Shown: positions 8,638 through 16,124 of the stretch, in pieces
Layout of the letters: every line of letters starts with the position of its first letter
Numbering within the stretch: the first letter of the stretch is position 1
Origin: an uncultured Candidatus Saccharibacteria bacterium
GTDB lineage: Bacteria > Patescibacteriota > Minisyncoccia > Phycocordibacterales > Phycocordibacteraceae
DNA: 24,186 bases
Direction: 5' to 3'
NCBI GenBank assembly: GCA_964482105.1
Contig: CAYZWA010000001.1
Location: 18,806 to 42,991 of the forward strand
The notes under the pieces: model-generated
The model's input: only the letters and a program-made list of their open reading frames with translations
Databases searched by the model: none
What the model was told of the DNA's origin: nothing
Made by a program: the position numbers and the translations under genes

Positions 8638-9725
8638 CGATAACTGAGCGCATACCGCTCGCGCCGCTGACCACATTCGGGGTCGGCGGCGCGGCGCGTT
8701 TCTTCGCGGCGGCCGAGACTGCCGAGGACGTGTGCGCCGCCATCCGCTTTGCCGACGAGCGTGCGTTGCCGCTCACCATCCTCGGCGGCGGGTCGAACGT
8801 CCTCATCGCCGACGAGGGGATCGACGGCGTCGTGCTCGCCCCGCGTATGGGCGGTATCGCGTATGAGGCGCATGACGACGGGGTGGTCGAGGCGGTTGCC
8901 GGTGCCGGCGTCTTGTGGGACGACCTCGTGCGCGAGACGCTCGCGCGCGGTCTCGCGGGGCTTGAGTGTCTCTCAGGCGTGCCGGGGACCGTCGGCGGCG
9001 CGGTTGTCGCGAACATCGGCGCCTACGGCGCGCAGGCGAGCGACACGCTCGTGCGTGTCGAGGCGGTCGAACGCGCGTCCTGTGCGCGCCGCGCGTTCAC
9101 GCCGGACGAGTGCGCGTTCTCGTACCACGACAGCCGGTTTGCTCGTGAGCCAGGCCGGTTCGTCATCATACGCGCGGCCTTCGCGCTTCGCGCCGGTGCT
9201 GCCGCGTTGCCGCGCTACGCGGACTACCGCGCGAACCTCGCCGACGAGCTCCGCGCGCGCGACCGCGCCGCGACGCCCGCGAACGTCCGCGACCTCGTCC
9301 TCGACATCCGCGAACGCAAGGGTACGCTCGCCATGCCCGGTCGCAGCGCGTACCGGTGTGCCGGGTCATTCTTCCACATGCCGCAGGTCTCGCACGCGGC
9401 ATACGAGCGCGTGCGCACGGCCGCGCGCGCGCTCGACGCGGCGAAGGAGGAGCGCTTGCGCCCGTGGTCGTGGGAACAGCCGGACGGGACCGTCCGTCTC
9501 GCGCCGGGTTTCCTGCTCGAGTACACGCCGTTTACGAAAGGGTACGTGCGCGGCGCGGTCGGCATCTCGCCCAAGCACACGCTCTCGATCATTGCGCTCG
9601 ATGGCGCGCGCGCGCACGAGATAGCCGCGCTCGCGCACGACATGCAGCACGCGGTCGAGCGCACGTTCGGCGTCGTGCTCGTGCGCGAGGTCGAGTACCT
9701 CGGCGCATTCGCACACGACGCGTGA
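8634..9725 (+). CDS. murB: UDP-N-acetylenolpyruvoylglucosamine reductase (MurB family), divergent active site
   Basis: LAPLTTFGVGGAA, ILGGGSNVLIAD, GLECLSGVPGTVGGAVVANIGAYG, AGSFF, ISPKH and LVREV motifs. Confidence 0.9.
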   Translation: MTITERIPLAPLTTFGVGGAARFFAAAETAEDVCAAIRFADERALPLTILGGGSNVLIADEGIDGVVLAPRMGGIAYEAHDDGVVEAVAGAGVLWDDLVRETLARGLAGLECLSGVPGTVGGAVVANIGAYGAQASDTLVRVEAVERASCARRAFTPDECAFSYHDSRFAREPGRFVIIRAAFALRAGAAALPRYADYRANLADELRARDRAATPANVRDLVLDIRERKGTLAMPGRSAYRCAGSFFHMPQVSHAAYERVRTAARALDAAKEERLRPWSWEQPDGTVRLAPGFLLEYTPFTKGYVRGAVGISPKHTLSIIALDGARAHEIAALAHDMQHAVERTFGVVLVREVEYLGAFAHDA

Positions 9726-9752
9726 TGCGAACGTGTTCGCGCACGCGTCCAC

Positions 9753-9761
9753 TTATCCACA
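9753..9761 (+). promoter_or_regulatory. Perfect DnaA-box sequence TTATCCACA
   Basis: Exact match to the bacterial consensus in the murB to small-ORF spacer; whether it functions is unknown. Confidence 0.45.
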
Positions 9762-9801
9762 CATGAAAAGTTTTTCATACACGCAAAAAGTTTTTCCGCG
9801 C

Positions 9802-9839
9802 GATAATACGAGCAGGAACATTCGTGTGAGAATGTTCCT
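9802..9839 (+). promoter_or_regulatory. -10-like GATAAT followed by a 10-bp 5'-leader hairpin
   Basis: GATAAT at 9802-9807; stem AGGAACATTC (9814-9823) / GAATGTTCCT (9830-9839) begins at the expected transcription start. Confidence 0.45.
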
Positions 9840-9884
9840 TGCACGAATGGGTCGATCTATCAGTAACCACTAACGCACAACATC

Positions 9885-10031
9885 ATGGCCACGAAGAAGC
9901 GTAAGGCGACAAAGAAGGTCGCGAAGAAGAAAGTCGCGAAGAAGACGACGCATCGCCGCACGGTGCGGAAGGTCGCGAAGAAGACCGCTCGCAAGACCAC
10001 CCGCAAGACCGCGCGCAAGCATTCCCGCTAG
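9885..10031 (+). CDS. 48-aa Lys/Arg-rich histone-H1-like protein
   Basis: Translated by hand: MATKKRKATKKVAKKKVAKKTTHRRTVRKVAKKTARKTTRKTARKHSR. 24 of 48 residues are K or R, no D or E. Codons are mostly GC3-biased, and the ORF is flanked by a promoter-like element and a hairpin. Below the ORF-track length cutoff. Confidence 0.8.
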   Translation: MATKKRKATKKVAKKKVAKKTTHRRTVRKVAKKTARKTTRKTARKHSR

Positions 10032-10045
10032 ACGGCACGTGCGTT

Positions 10046-10091
10046 TGTCGAAGCAGCCGGCCCCGCAGACGCGGGGCCGGCTGCTTCGACA
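10046..10091. terminator. Perfect 21-bp inverted repeat with 4-nt loop and no U-tract
   Basis: TGTCGAAGCAGCCGGCCCCGC-agac-GCGGGGCCGGCTGCTTCGACA, 14 nt after the small-ORF stop. Confidence 0.6.
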
Positions 10092-10114
10092 TCCGTGAGT
10101 GCGCGTGCTATAGT
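10086..10114 (+). promoter_or_regulatory. secA promoter: TCGACA-17 nt-TATAGT with TG extension
   Basis: -35-like TCGACA at 10086-10091, exact 17-nt spacer, TGcTATAGT at 10106-10114, ATG at 10124. Confidence 0.65.
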
Positions 10115-10123
10115 GTGGCGACC

Positions 10124-12649
10124 ATGTTCAATTTCTCCTCGTTTTTCTCCAAGAATCAGTCGGCAGCCTTCCTGAAGCGGGCACAGCCGGTCGTGGCCGC
10201 CGTCGACGCGCTTACCGACGAGCTCCGGGCGCTCTCTGACGCCGATCTGCGCGCCCGGATCGCCGAGATACGCGCTCGTGCTGCCGAGGCGCATGAGACG
10301 CCAGAGGCCGACATACCACAGGTATTCGCTCTCGTACGCGAGGCGTCGCGCCGCACGCTCCGGCAGCCGCACTTTACCGTGCAGCTCGAGGGCGGTCTCG
10401 CGCTCCTCGAGGGCAAGATCGCCGAGATGCGCACCGGCGAGGGCAAGACGCTCGTCGCGACGCTGCCGGCGACCTTCCACGCGCTTGCCGGGAAGGGTGT
10501 GCATGTCGTCACGGTCAACGATTACCTGGCGCGTCGCGACGCCACCTGGATGGGCCAGGTGTACGATTTTCTCGGTCTCTCGGTCGGCGTCGTGACGAGC
10601 GCCGGCGCGTTCCGCTATGACGCGTCGCACGTCACGTCTGCAGAAGATCGTGAGCGCGACGAAGAAGGATCATTCAAGGTCTTTTATGAGTATCTCCGGC
10701 CGGCGACGAAACGCGAGGCCTATGCCGCCGACATCACCTACGTCACCAATAACGAGCTCGGCTTCGACTACCTGCGCGACAACACCGCGTATGACCCGTC
10801 GCAGCTCGTCCAGCGCGACCCGTACTTCGCCATCGTCGACGAGGTCGACTCCGTGCTTATTGACGAGGCGCGAACGCCGCTCATCATCTCGGGGCCGTCC
10901 GGCGACGCGGAAGATCTCTATCAGAAGTTCGCAGCCATCGTGCGCACCCTCAAAGCGGACGAGCACTATACGGTCGATGAGAAGCAGAAGGCGATCCAGC
11001 TGACCGACGCGGGTATCCGTGCCGCAGAACGCGCGCTCGGCATCGAGAATCTCTACACGGAGGGCGGCATCAAGCTCGCGCATCATCTCGAGACGGCGGT
11101 GCGCGCCGAGGCCTTGTTCCATAAAGATAAGGAGTATGTCGTGAAGGACAACGACATCGTCATCGTCGACGAATTCACCGGCCGTCTGCAGCCTGGCCGG
11201 CGATGGTCGGAAGGGCTTCATCAGGCGGTCGAGGCGAAGGAGGGCGTCCCGGTACAGGCCGAGACGCGCACGTACGCGACGGTCACGTTCCAGAACCTGT
11301 TCCGCATGTATCCGCGCAAGGCCGGCATGACCGGCACCGCGCTCTCGTCCGAAGAGGAGTTTTATACGGTCTACGAGCTCGAGGTCGTCGTCGTGCCGAC
11401 GAACAATCCAGTCGCGCGCAAGGACTACGACGACCTCATCTTCCAGACAGCAGCGGGCAAGTATCGTGCGGTCGCGCGTGCGGTGCAAGAGCGGCAAGAC
11501 AAAGGCCAGCCGGTCCTGGTCGGCACCGTCTCGATCGAGGACAACGAGATCGTGAGCCGCTATCTCGCCGACGCGCACGTGCGCCACGAGGTGCTGAACG
11601 CGAAGAATCACGAGCGTGAAGGCGAGATTATCGCAGAGGCGGGCAAGTACGGCCGCGTGACCGTCGCGACGAACCTTGCCGGGCGTGGCGTCGATATCAA
11701 GCTCGGCGGCGCGGCAGCGTCGCGCGAGGAGCGCGAGCGGGTGCTCGCGGCCGGAGGCCTCGCGGTCATCGGTACCGAGCGGCACGATGCGCGCCGCATC
11801 GATAATCAGCTGCGCGGCCGCTCGGGCCGTCAGGGCGACCCGGGCGAGACGCGCTTCTACGTCTCACTCGAGGACAAGCTCATGCGCGTCTTTGCTTCGT
11901 CGACATTGCAGAAGGTCATGGGCGGCTTCGGCATACCCGAAGACGAGCCGATCGAGAGTTCGATGATCACCCGGTCGCTCGAGACAGCGCAAGAGCGCAT
12001 CGAAGGGTTCAATTTCGACGCGCGCAAGCAGGTACTCGCGTATGACGATGTCATGAACACCCAGCGCCTCTCCGTCTACGCGCGGCGTCGCGCGGCACTT
12101 GCCGGTACTGACGCTGAAGTCGAGTCGATCGCCGAGACGCTCTTCGCGGGCGACGACGCGGCGCTTGCCGCGTTTTCGGCGAAGAAGCAGGAGCTCGGTG
12201 ACGCGTTCGCGCGCAACCTCCGCTTCCTGTTGCTTCAGGTGACCGACCTGTTCTGGCTTGAGCACCTCGAGACCATGGAGTACCTCCGCCGGTCCGTGTC
12301 GCTCCGCGCGTACGGCCAGCGCGACCCGCTCATCGAGTATCGTCGCGAGGGGCTCACGCGCTTCCGCGCGCTTGAGGCGAATATCATAGCGGCGCTCGCG
12401 GATGCGCTTCCGCGCATGGCTGCTGCCACGCCCGTCCAGGTGACGAAGGAAGAGGAGCAGATGCACGCTGCGGCGCTCGCCGCAGGCGAGGGGGGCGCCG
12501 CAGGCCCCGCGCCCGCTCGCAAGGCGCACACGCATGGCCGCAACGAGATCGTCACGATAGAGAAGGATGGCGAGACGCGCTCGCTCAAGTTCAAGAAAGC
12601 GGAGCCGCTCCTTGCCGAGGGTTGGCAGATCGTGAGCCAAGCGCACTAA
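10124..12649 (+). CDS. secA: Preprotein translocase ATPase SecA
   Basis: IAEMRTGEGKT Walker A, VTVNDYLARRD, IVDEVDSVLIDEARTPLIISG, ATNLAGRGVDI, IDNQLRGRSGRQGDPG and YGQRDPLIEY motifs. ATG 10124 is preferred over GTG 10115. Confidence 0.97.
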   Translation: MFNFSSFFSKNQSAAFLKRAQPVVAAVDALTDELRALSDADLRARIAEIRARAAEAHETPEADIPQVFALVREASRRTLRQPHFTVQLEGGLALLEGKIAEMRTGEGKTLVATLPATFHALAGKGVHVVTVNDYLARRDATWMGQVYDFLGLSVGVVTSAGAFRYDASHVTSAEDRERDEEGSFKVFYEYLRPATKREAYAADITYVTNNELGFDYLRDNTAYDPSQLVQRDPYFAIVDEVDSVLIDEARTPLIISGPSGDAEDLYQKFAAIVRTLKADEHYTVDEKQKAIQLTDAGIRAAERALGIENLYTEGGIKLAHHLETAVRAEALFHKDKEYVVKDNDIVIVDEFTGRLQPGRRWSEGLHQAVEAKEGVPVQAETRTYATVTFQNLFRMYPRKAGMTGTALSSEEEFYTVYELEVVVVPTNNPVARKDYDDLIFQTAAGKYRAVARAVQERQDKGQPVLVGTVSIEDNEIVSRYLADAHVRHEVLNAKNHEREGEIIAEAGKYGRVTVATNLAGRGVDIKLGGAAASREERERVLAAGGLAVIGTERHDARRIDNQLRGRSGRQGDPGETRFYVSLEDKLMRVFASSTLQKVMGGFGIPEDEPIESSMITRSLETAQERIEGFNFDARKQVLAYDDVMNTQRLSVYARRRAALAGTDAEVESIAETLFAGDDAALAAFSAKKQELGDAFARNLRFLLLQVTDLFWLEHLETMEYLRRSVSLRAYGQRDPLIEYRREGLTRFRALEANIIAALADALPRMAAATPVQVTKEEEQMHAAALAAGEGGAAGPAPARKAHTHGRNEIVTIEKDGETRSLKFKKAEPLLAEGWQIVSQAH

Positions 12650-12664
12650 TCGCGCGTGTTGCAT

Positions 12665-13645
12665 ATGGCACTGGTAGATGAGATAACCGTTTCCGCCGTA
12701 GCGGGCACCGGCGGCACCGGCGTGACGCACTGGCTGCGCACGAAGTCGAACGCGCGCGGCGGTCCAGACGGCGGCGATGGCGGCAAGGGCGGCGACATCG
12801 TGCTTGTCGGCGTGCGCGACCTCTCGGCGCTTGCGCGGTATAGATACGAGAAGACATTCCGTGCCGCAGACGGCGCGGCGGGACAGGGCCGGCTCCGGAG
12901 CGGTGCCGATGGTCCGGATACGGTTCTCACCGTACCGGTCGGCACGCTCGTGCGCTTTGCGGCCGACGCGCGGGAGTACGAAATCATGCGAGAAGGGGAG
13001 CGGATCGTCGTATTCAAGGGCGGTCACGGGGGGAGGGGGAACGCACGCTTCAAGAGCTCGACGAACCAGAACCCATTCACGCACACCGACGGCAAGAGCG
13101 GCGAGTCGGGGGACATCACCTTCACGCTCAAACTGATCGCTGACGCGGGTCTCATCGGGCTCCCGAATGCTGGCAAGTCGTCTTTGTTAAACGCGCTGAC
13201 CAGTGCCCGTTCGAAGGTCGGGGAGTACCCCTTTACCACCCTCGAGCCCAGCCTCGGAGACTTCTACGGATACCTGATTGCAGACATCCCGGGGCTCATA
13301 TCGGGCGCCTCGTCTGGTCGAGGGCTCGGAACACGATTTCTTAAGCATATAGAAAGAACAGGTTTTACAATACATCTCATCTCGGCTGAACAAGCAGAGC
13401 CAGTACACGCGTATGACGAGGTGCGGAATGAGCTTGAAGCGTTCGGGCACGGACTCTCGACCAAGCATGAGCTCGTCGTCGTATCGAAAGCAGACCTTGT
13501 GCCCGACGCGCTCCTCGCGAATACGGTCCGAAAGCTCGAACAGCATACGGGTAGGGAAGTGCTCGCAGTTTCGGTCAAGAATGCGACGTTGGTCAAGCGT
13601 CTCGCAGACCGGCTCACAGTGCTCCTCTCCGATCAATCCGCGTAA
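12665..13645 (+). CDS. obgE: GTPase Obg (short form)
   Basis: Gly-rich Obg domain (GGPDGGDGGKGG), G1 GLPNAGKSS, G2 YPFTTL, G3 DIPGLI, GLGTRFLKHIER and G4 SKAD. Confidence 0.95.
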   Translation: MALVDEITVSAVAGTGGTGVTHWLRTKSNARGGPDGGDGGKGGDIVLVGVRDLSALARYRYEKTFRAADGAAGQGRLRSGADGPDTVLTVPVGTLVRFAADAREYEIMREGERIVVFKGGHGGRGNARFKSSTNQNPFTHTDGKSGESGDITFTLKLIADAGLIGLPNAGKSSLLNALTSARSKVGEYPFTTLEPSLGDFYGYLIADIPGLISGASSGRGLGTRFLKHIERTGFTIHLISAEQAEPVHAYDEVRNELEAFGHGLSTKHELVVVSKADLVPDALLANTVRKLEQHTGREVLAVSVKNATLVKRLADRLTVLLSDQSA

Positions 13646-13700
13646 GTCCAAGTTCTCTCTTGACCTGTGTATTGCGTACTTGGCCGCCCCGAGTGTCGGC

Positions 13701-13706
13701 TATACT
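13701..13706 (+). promoter_or_regulatory. -10 element TATACT, 6 nt before ATG 13713
   Basis: Near-consensus -10 with no Shine-Dalgarno sequence; the spacing fits a leaderless transcript. Confidence 0.55.
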
Positions 13707-13712
13707 GTCGGT

Positions 13713-14732
13713 ATGGAAGAAGTCCTTCTCGACGGGCAGAGATACGTATCGTCGAAGCGAGCCGCGAAAATAACCGGCTATGCGAAAGACTACGTTGGGC
13801 AACTTTGCCGAGAAGGCAAGGTTCCTGCGCAGCTTGTCGGGCGTGGCTGGTTCGTTCTCGAATCGGCCATACGAGAACACAGATTCGGTACGTCTACGTC
13901 CGTGCACAGTGCAGACGCTGCCTCCGCAGCTGTTGTCGAGCACTCGGCCGCGTCTGAACGAGCGCGGGCAGAGAAAGAGGAGGAGCCGGCCGTCGAGGCG
14001 CATCCGGGAGACGACATCCACGCGTCTGCGCGCGCGGCGGCACTTGCTGCTGCGGCTACGCGTCTTCAGTCTCAGGTTCCGGCCCCAGAAAGAGAACCCG
14101 ACAGGGCACACGGCTACATAGCTCCGGAGGCGATTGCCGCGGAAGACAGAGCCATACGGATGCTCGGACACACCCTGGATGCGCCGACATACGAACCGGT
14201 TACCGCCGAACCGTTGCCGACAATCAATCGAATCAACCGACTCGCGGCGGTCACTGAGCTGGGGCAGGCTTCGCCAGAACAGGCGCCTGAGCTGCCGGAC
14301 GACCGGGCACCTCATGCCGAGGAGGCGCGCGTCGCGTTGCACGCGGAGGAAGAAGGGGAGTTGTCATCAGAGGTCGAAGAAGATCCTCCGGTACCCGTGC
14401 CGGTTCATCGGGCATACGAGTCCGACCATCAGGCGATTGATACGGGCGGGGAGGAGCTCAAACTCAAAAGTGACGTCAGCTATGCGCGTGCGGGGGAGAC
14501 ACGTACGACTACGGCAGTGAGGGCAACGCCGCTCGCTGCGCCGCGGCAGGCACGCCCCGCTCCACCCCGCTCGGCACGCAGGTCGCGCGTGTCTGCGTGG
14601 GTGAGCGTGGTCGTCGTCGCGGTTGTTGCACTCGGAGTTGTCACGATCGGCATGGGGGCAGTAACCCTCGGCAAGTATGCGTATCTCGTGAGCGGTTTGA
14701 CCGGTACATTTACGTACGTAAATAGCTACTAG
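13713..14732 (+). CDS. N-terminal HTH (excisionase/HTH_17-like) protein with low-complexity linker and C-terminal TM anchor
   Basis: YVSSKRAAKITGYAKDYVGQLCREGKVPAQLVGRGWFV, then an acidic/Pro/Ala linker, then the hydrophobic segment VSAWVSVVVVAVVALGVVTIGMGAV preceded by a basic patch (RSARRSR). Start taken at MEEVLL. Confidence 0.8.
   Translation: MEEVLLDGQRYVSSKRAAKITGYAKDYVGQLCREGKVPAQLVGRGWFVLESAIREHRFGTSTSVHSADAASAAVVEHSAASERARAEKEEEPAVEAHPGDDIHASARAAALAAAATRLQSQVPAPEREPDRAHGYIAPEAIAAEDRAIRMLGHTLDAPTYEPVTAEPLPTINRINRLAAVTELGQASPEQAPELPDDRAPHAEEARVALHAEEEGELSSEVEEDPPVPVPVHRAYESDHQAIDTGGEELKLKSDVSYARAGETRTTTAVRATPLAAPRQARPAPPRSARRSRVSAWVSVVVVAVVALGVVTIGMGAVTLGKYAYLVSGLTGTFTYVNSY
14708..14723. 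repeat. Perfect 16-bp palindrome ATTTACGTACGTAAAT
   Basis: Self-complementary; lies in the last codons of the HTH gene. Confidence 0.7.
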
Positions 14733-14746
14733 GTAAGCTATATATC

Positions 14747-14764
14747 GTCTCGTATATACGAGAC
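14747..14764. promoter_or_regulatory. Perfect 18-bp palindrome GTCTCGTATATACGAGAC (copy 1 of the TCTCGT-RTAY-ACGAGA motif)
   Basis: Self-complementary; a near-identical palindrome occurs at 22297-22314. Confidence 0.7.
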
Positions 14765-14794
14765 ACACCCTTATACTCGAACAAAGTACCCGAT

Positions 14795-14827
14795 ACTCCC
14801 GTGTAGCGATACACGGGTAACGGGAGT
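14795..14827 (+). other. Stem-loop with GCGA tetraloop and a competing alternative pairing
   Basis: CCCGTGTA-gcga-TACACGGG (14798-14817); ACTCCCGT (14795-14802) can instead pair with ACGGGAGT (14820-14827). Confidence 0.4.
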
Positions 14828-14963
14828 GCTCCGCGTCGAAAAAAGTTAAAGAAGCTGGAGTGAACGAGCCAACGACGCACCGCTGCAATAGAGGTCTATC
14901 CACAGGCCATCTCTATAAATTGCCGTGGCTTTTCTTTATTATTTAAGTAACCTGCTACACGGC

Positions 14964-16124
14964 ATGAACTCTCCTCTACTCGATACCCATCTTGCAGCCC
15001 CTGCAACCGAGACGCACGTACAATCCGAACTGCGTGCGGTAGCAATCGCTGCCTGCGTGCTTGTCTTGGGCGCGTCTGCCGCATACTCTCCCGCGCTTCC
15101 GCAGGTTGCGGGTCGTGTTGCTACCGTGGCACATCGCGTGGCGACCGGATTCGCGGATACGTTCGGCGCATCGACCGATGTGCGCGGACGCATTGCCCAA
15201 GCGCTCGTGCCGCGTCAGGAGCGCTTGCTGCCGGCATACCAGACAGCGGACCAGACCACGCTATTCGCAGACGCGCAGGCGCATATCGCGGCAGCAACCG
15301 CCGGTTATACCGCACTGCGTGCGTATGCGACCGCCGGCGACGTGGCACAGCCATTCGCTGCCGTGGCGCAATCCGCGCGCACGCGCTCCCCTTCGGCCGA
15401 TATCGGAGGCGCATACGTCGCGTTCGGGCGCTCTGTTATCGCCGTATCGGATTGGTGCATTCACGCTGACATATCGCTCGCGTACCTGATTGCGCGCGCG
15501 GGGTTCGCCGGCGTGTCGACAGCGAACAGATTCGCGCGGTCGGCGGCCGCCGGTGCGCGGATCGCATACGCGGGCGTGTCTGACGCCCTGCGCGGGAGCG
15601 CGCTCTTGTCGGCGGGCGCGCATGAATTCGCTCAGGGCAAGCGCGCCGCGGCGGCTGCGTTCGCGGCAGTCGCTTCGGCGGCAAGCACGCTCTCTGTGCC
15701 CGTCGCGCACCAGGTACACCGCGAGCGATTCCCAAGCCCGATGCCGGACATCCTGCCGGTGCTCTCTGGTGCCGTAGATGCGCTAGGCGAAGGGGTCATC
15801 GCTATAGCACACGCAGCGATTAACGCCGACGTATCGCTTGCGTACGGTATCGCGGCTGCTGCTCCGGCAAGCGCACGGGCCGTGTTCGGTGCGGAGTATG
15901 CCACCGCGTACCGGTTCGTCGCGGTCACTGATACGGTGTCGACCGGGTACGGTCTCGCGGTCGAGCGTGCCGGCCGGTTCGCGTACGAAGGGGTAGCCGG
16001 TGTCGGTGCGTTTACTACGCAGACTGCTGCCGGGGCGTACAGTGCATACCGGTCGATCCTTGATGCGGGTACGTTGCCCGCGGCACACGTCGGCGTACCG
16101 GGACGTACCGCGAAGGGGAGATGA
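14964..16124 (+). CDS. Ala-rich membrane-anchored protein with an internal 29-aa repeat; first gene of the F1-like operon
   Basis: One N-terminal hydrophobic segment (AVAIAACVLVLGASAAY) and two GAxxAxGxxVIAxxxxxIxADxSLAYxIA repeats; ATGA overlap with the next gene. GTG 14925 is an alternative start. Confidence 0.7.
   Translation: MNSPLLDTHLAAPATETHVQSELRAVAIAACVLVLGASAAYSPALPQVAGRVATVAHRVATGFADTFGASTDVRGRIAQALVPRQERLLPAYQTADQTTLFADAQAHIAAATAGYTALRAYATAGDVAQPFAAVAQSARTRSPSADIGGAYVAFGRSVIAVSDWCIHADISLAYLIARAGFAGVSTANRFARSAAAGARIAYAGVSDALRGSALLSAGAHEFAQGKRAAAAAFAAVASAASTLSVPVAHQVHRERFPSPMPDILPVLSGAVDALGEGVIAIAHAAINADVSLAYGIAAAAPASARAVFGAEYATAYRFVAVTDTVSTGYGLAVERAGRFAYEGVAGVGAFTTQTAAGAYSAYRSILDAGTLPAAHVGVPGRTAKGR

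Noticed and set aside
9753-9800. Possible replication origin (DnaA box plus AAAAGTTTTTC repeated 20 bp apart at 9766 and 9786)
   Set aside because: Only one box in a short spacer, no box cluster or clear unwinding element, and no dnaA or dnaN nearby; kept only as a possible regulatory site.
4005-13084. Long antisense ORFs (4005-5495 +, 6460-8025 -, 10670-11785 -, 11864-13084 -)
   Set aside because: Expected shadows of high-GC3 coding strands; no motifs, and each lies opposite a well-supported gene.
13413-13712. Upstream extension of the HTH gene given in the ORF track
   Set aside because: Overlaps obgE and the -10 element; the HTH domain begins right after ATG 13713.
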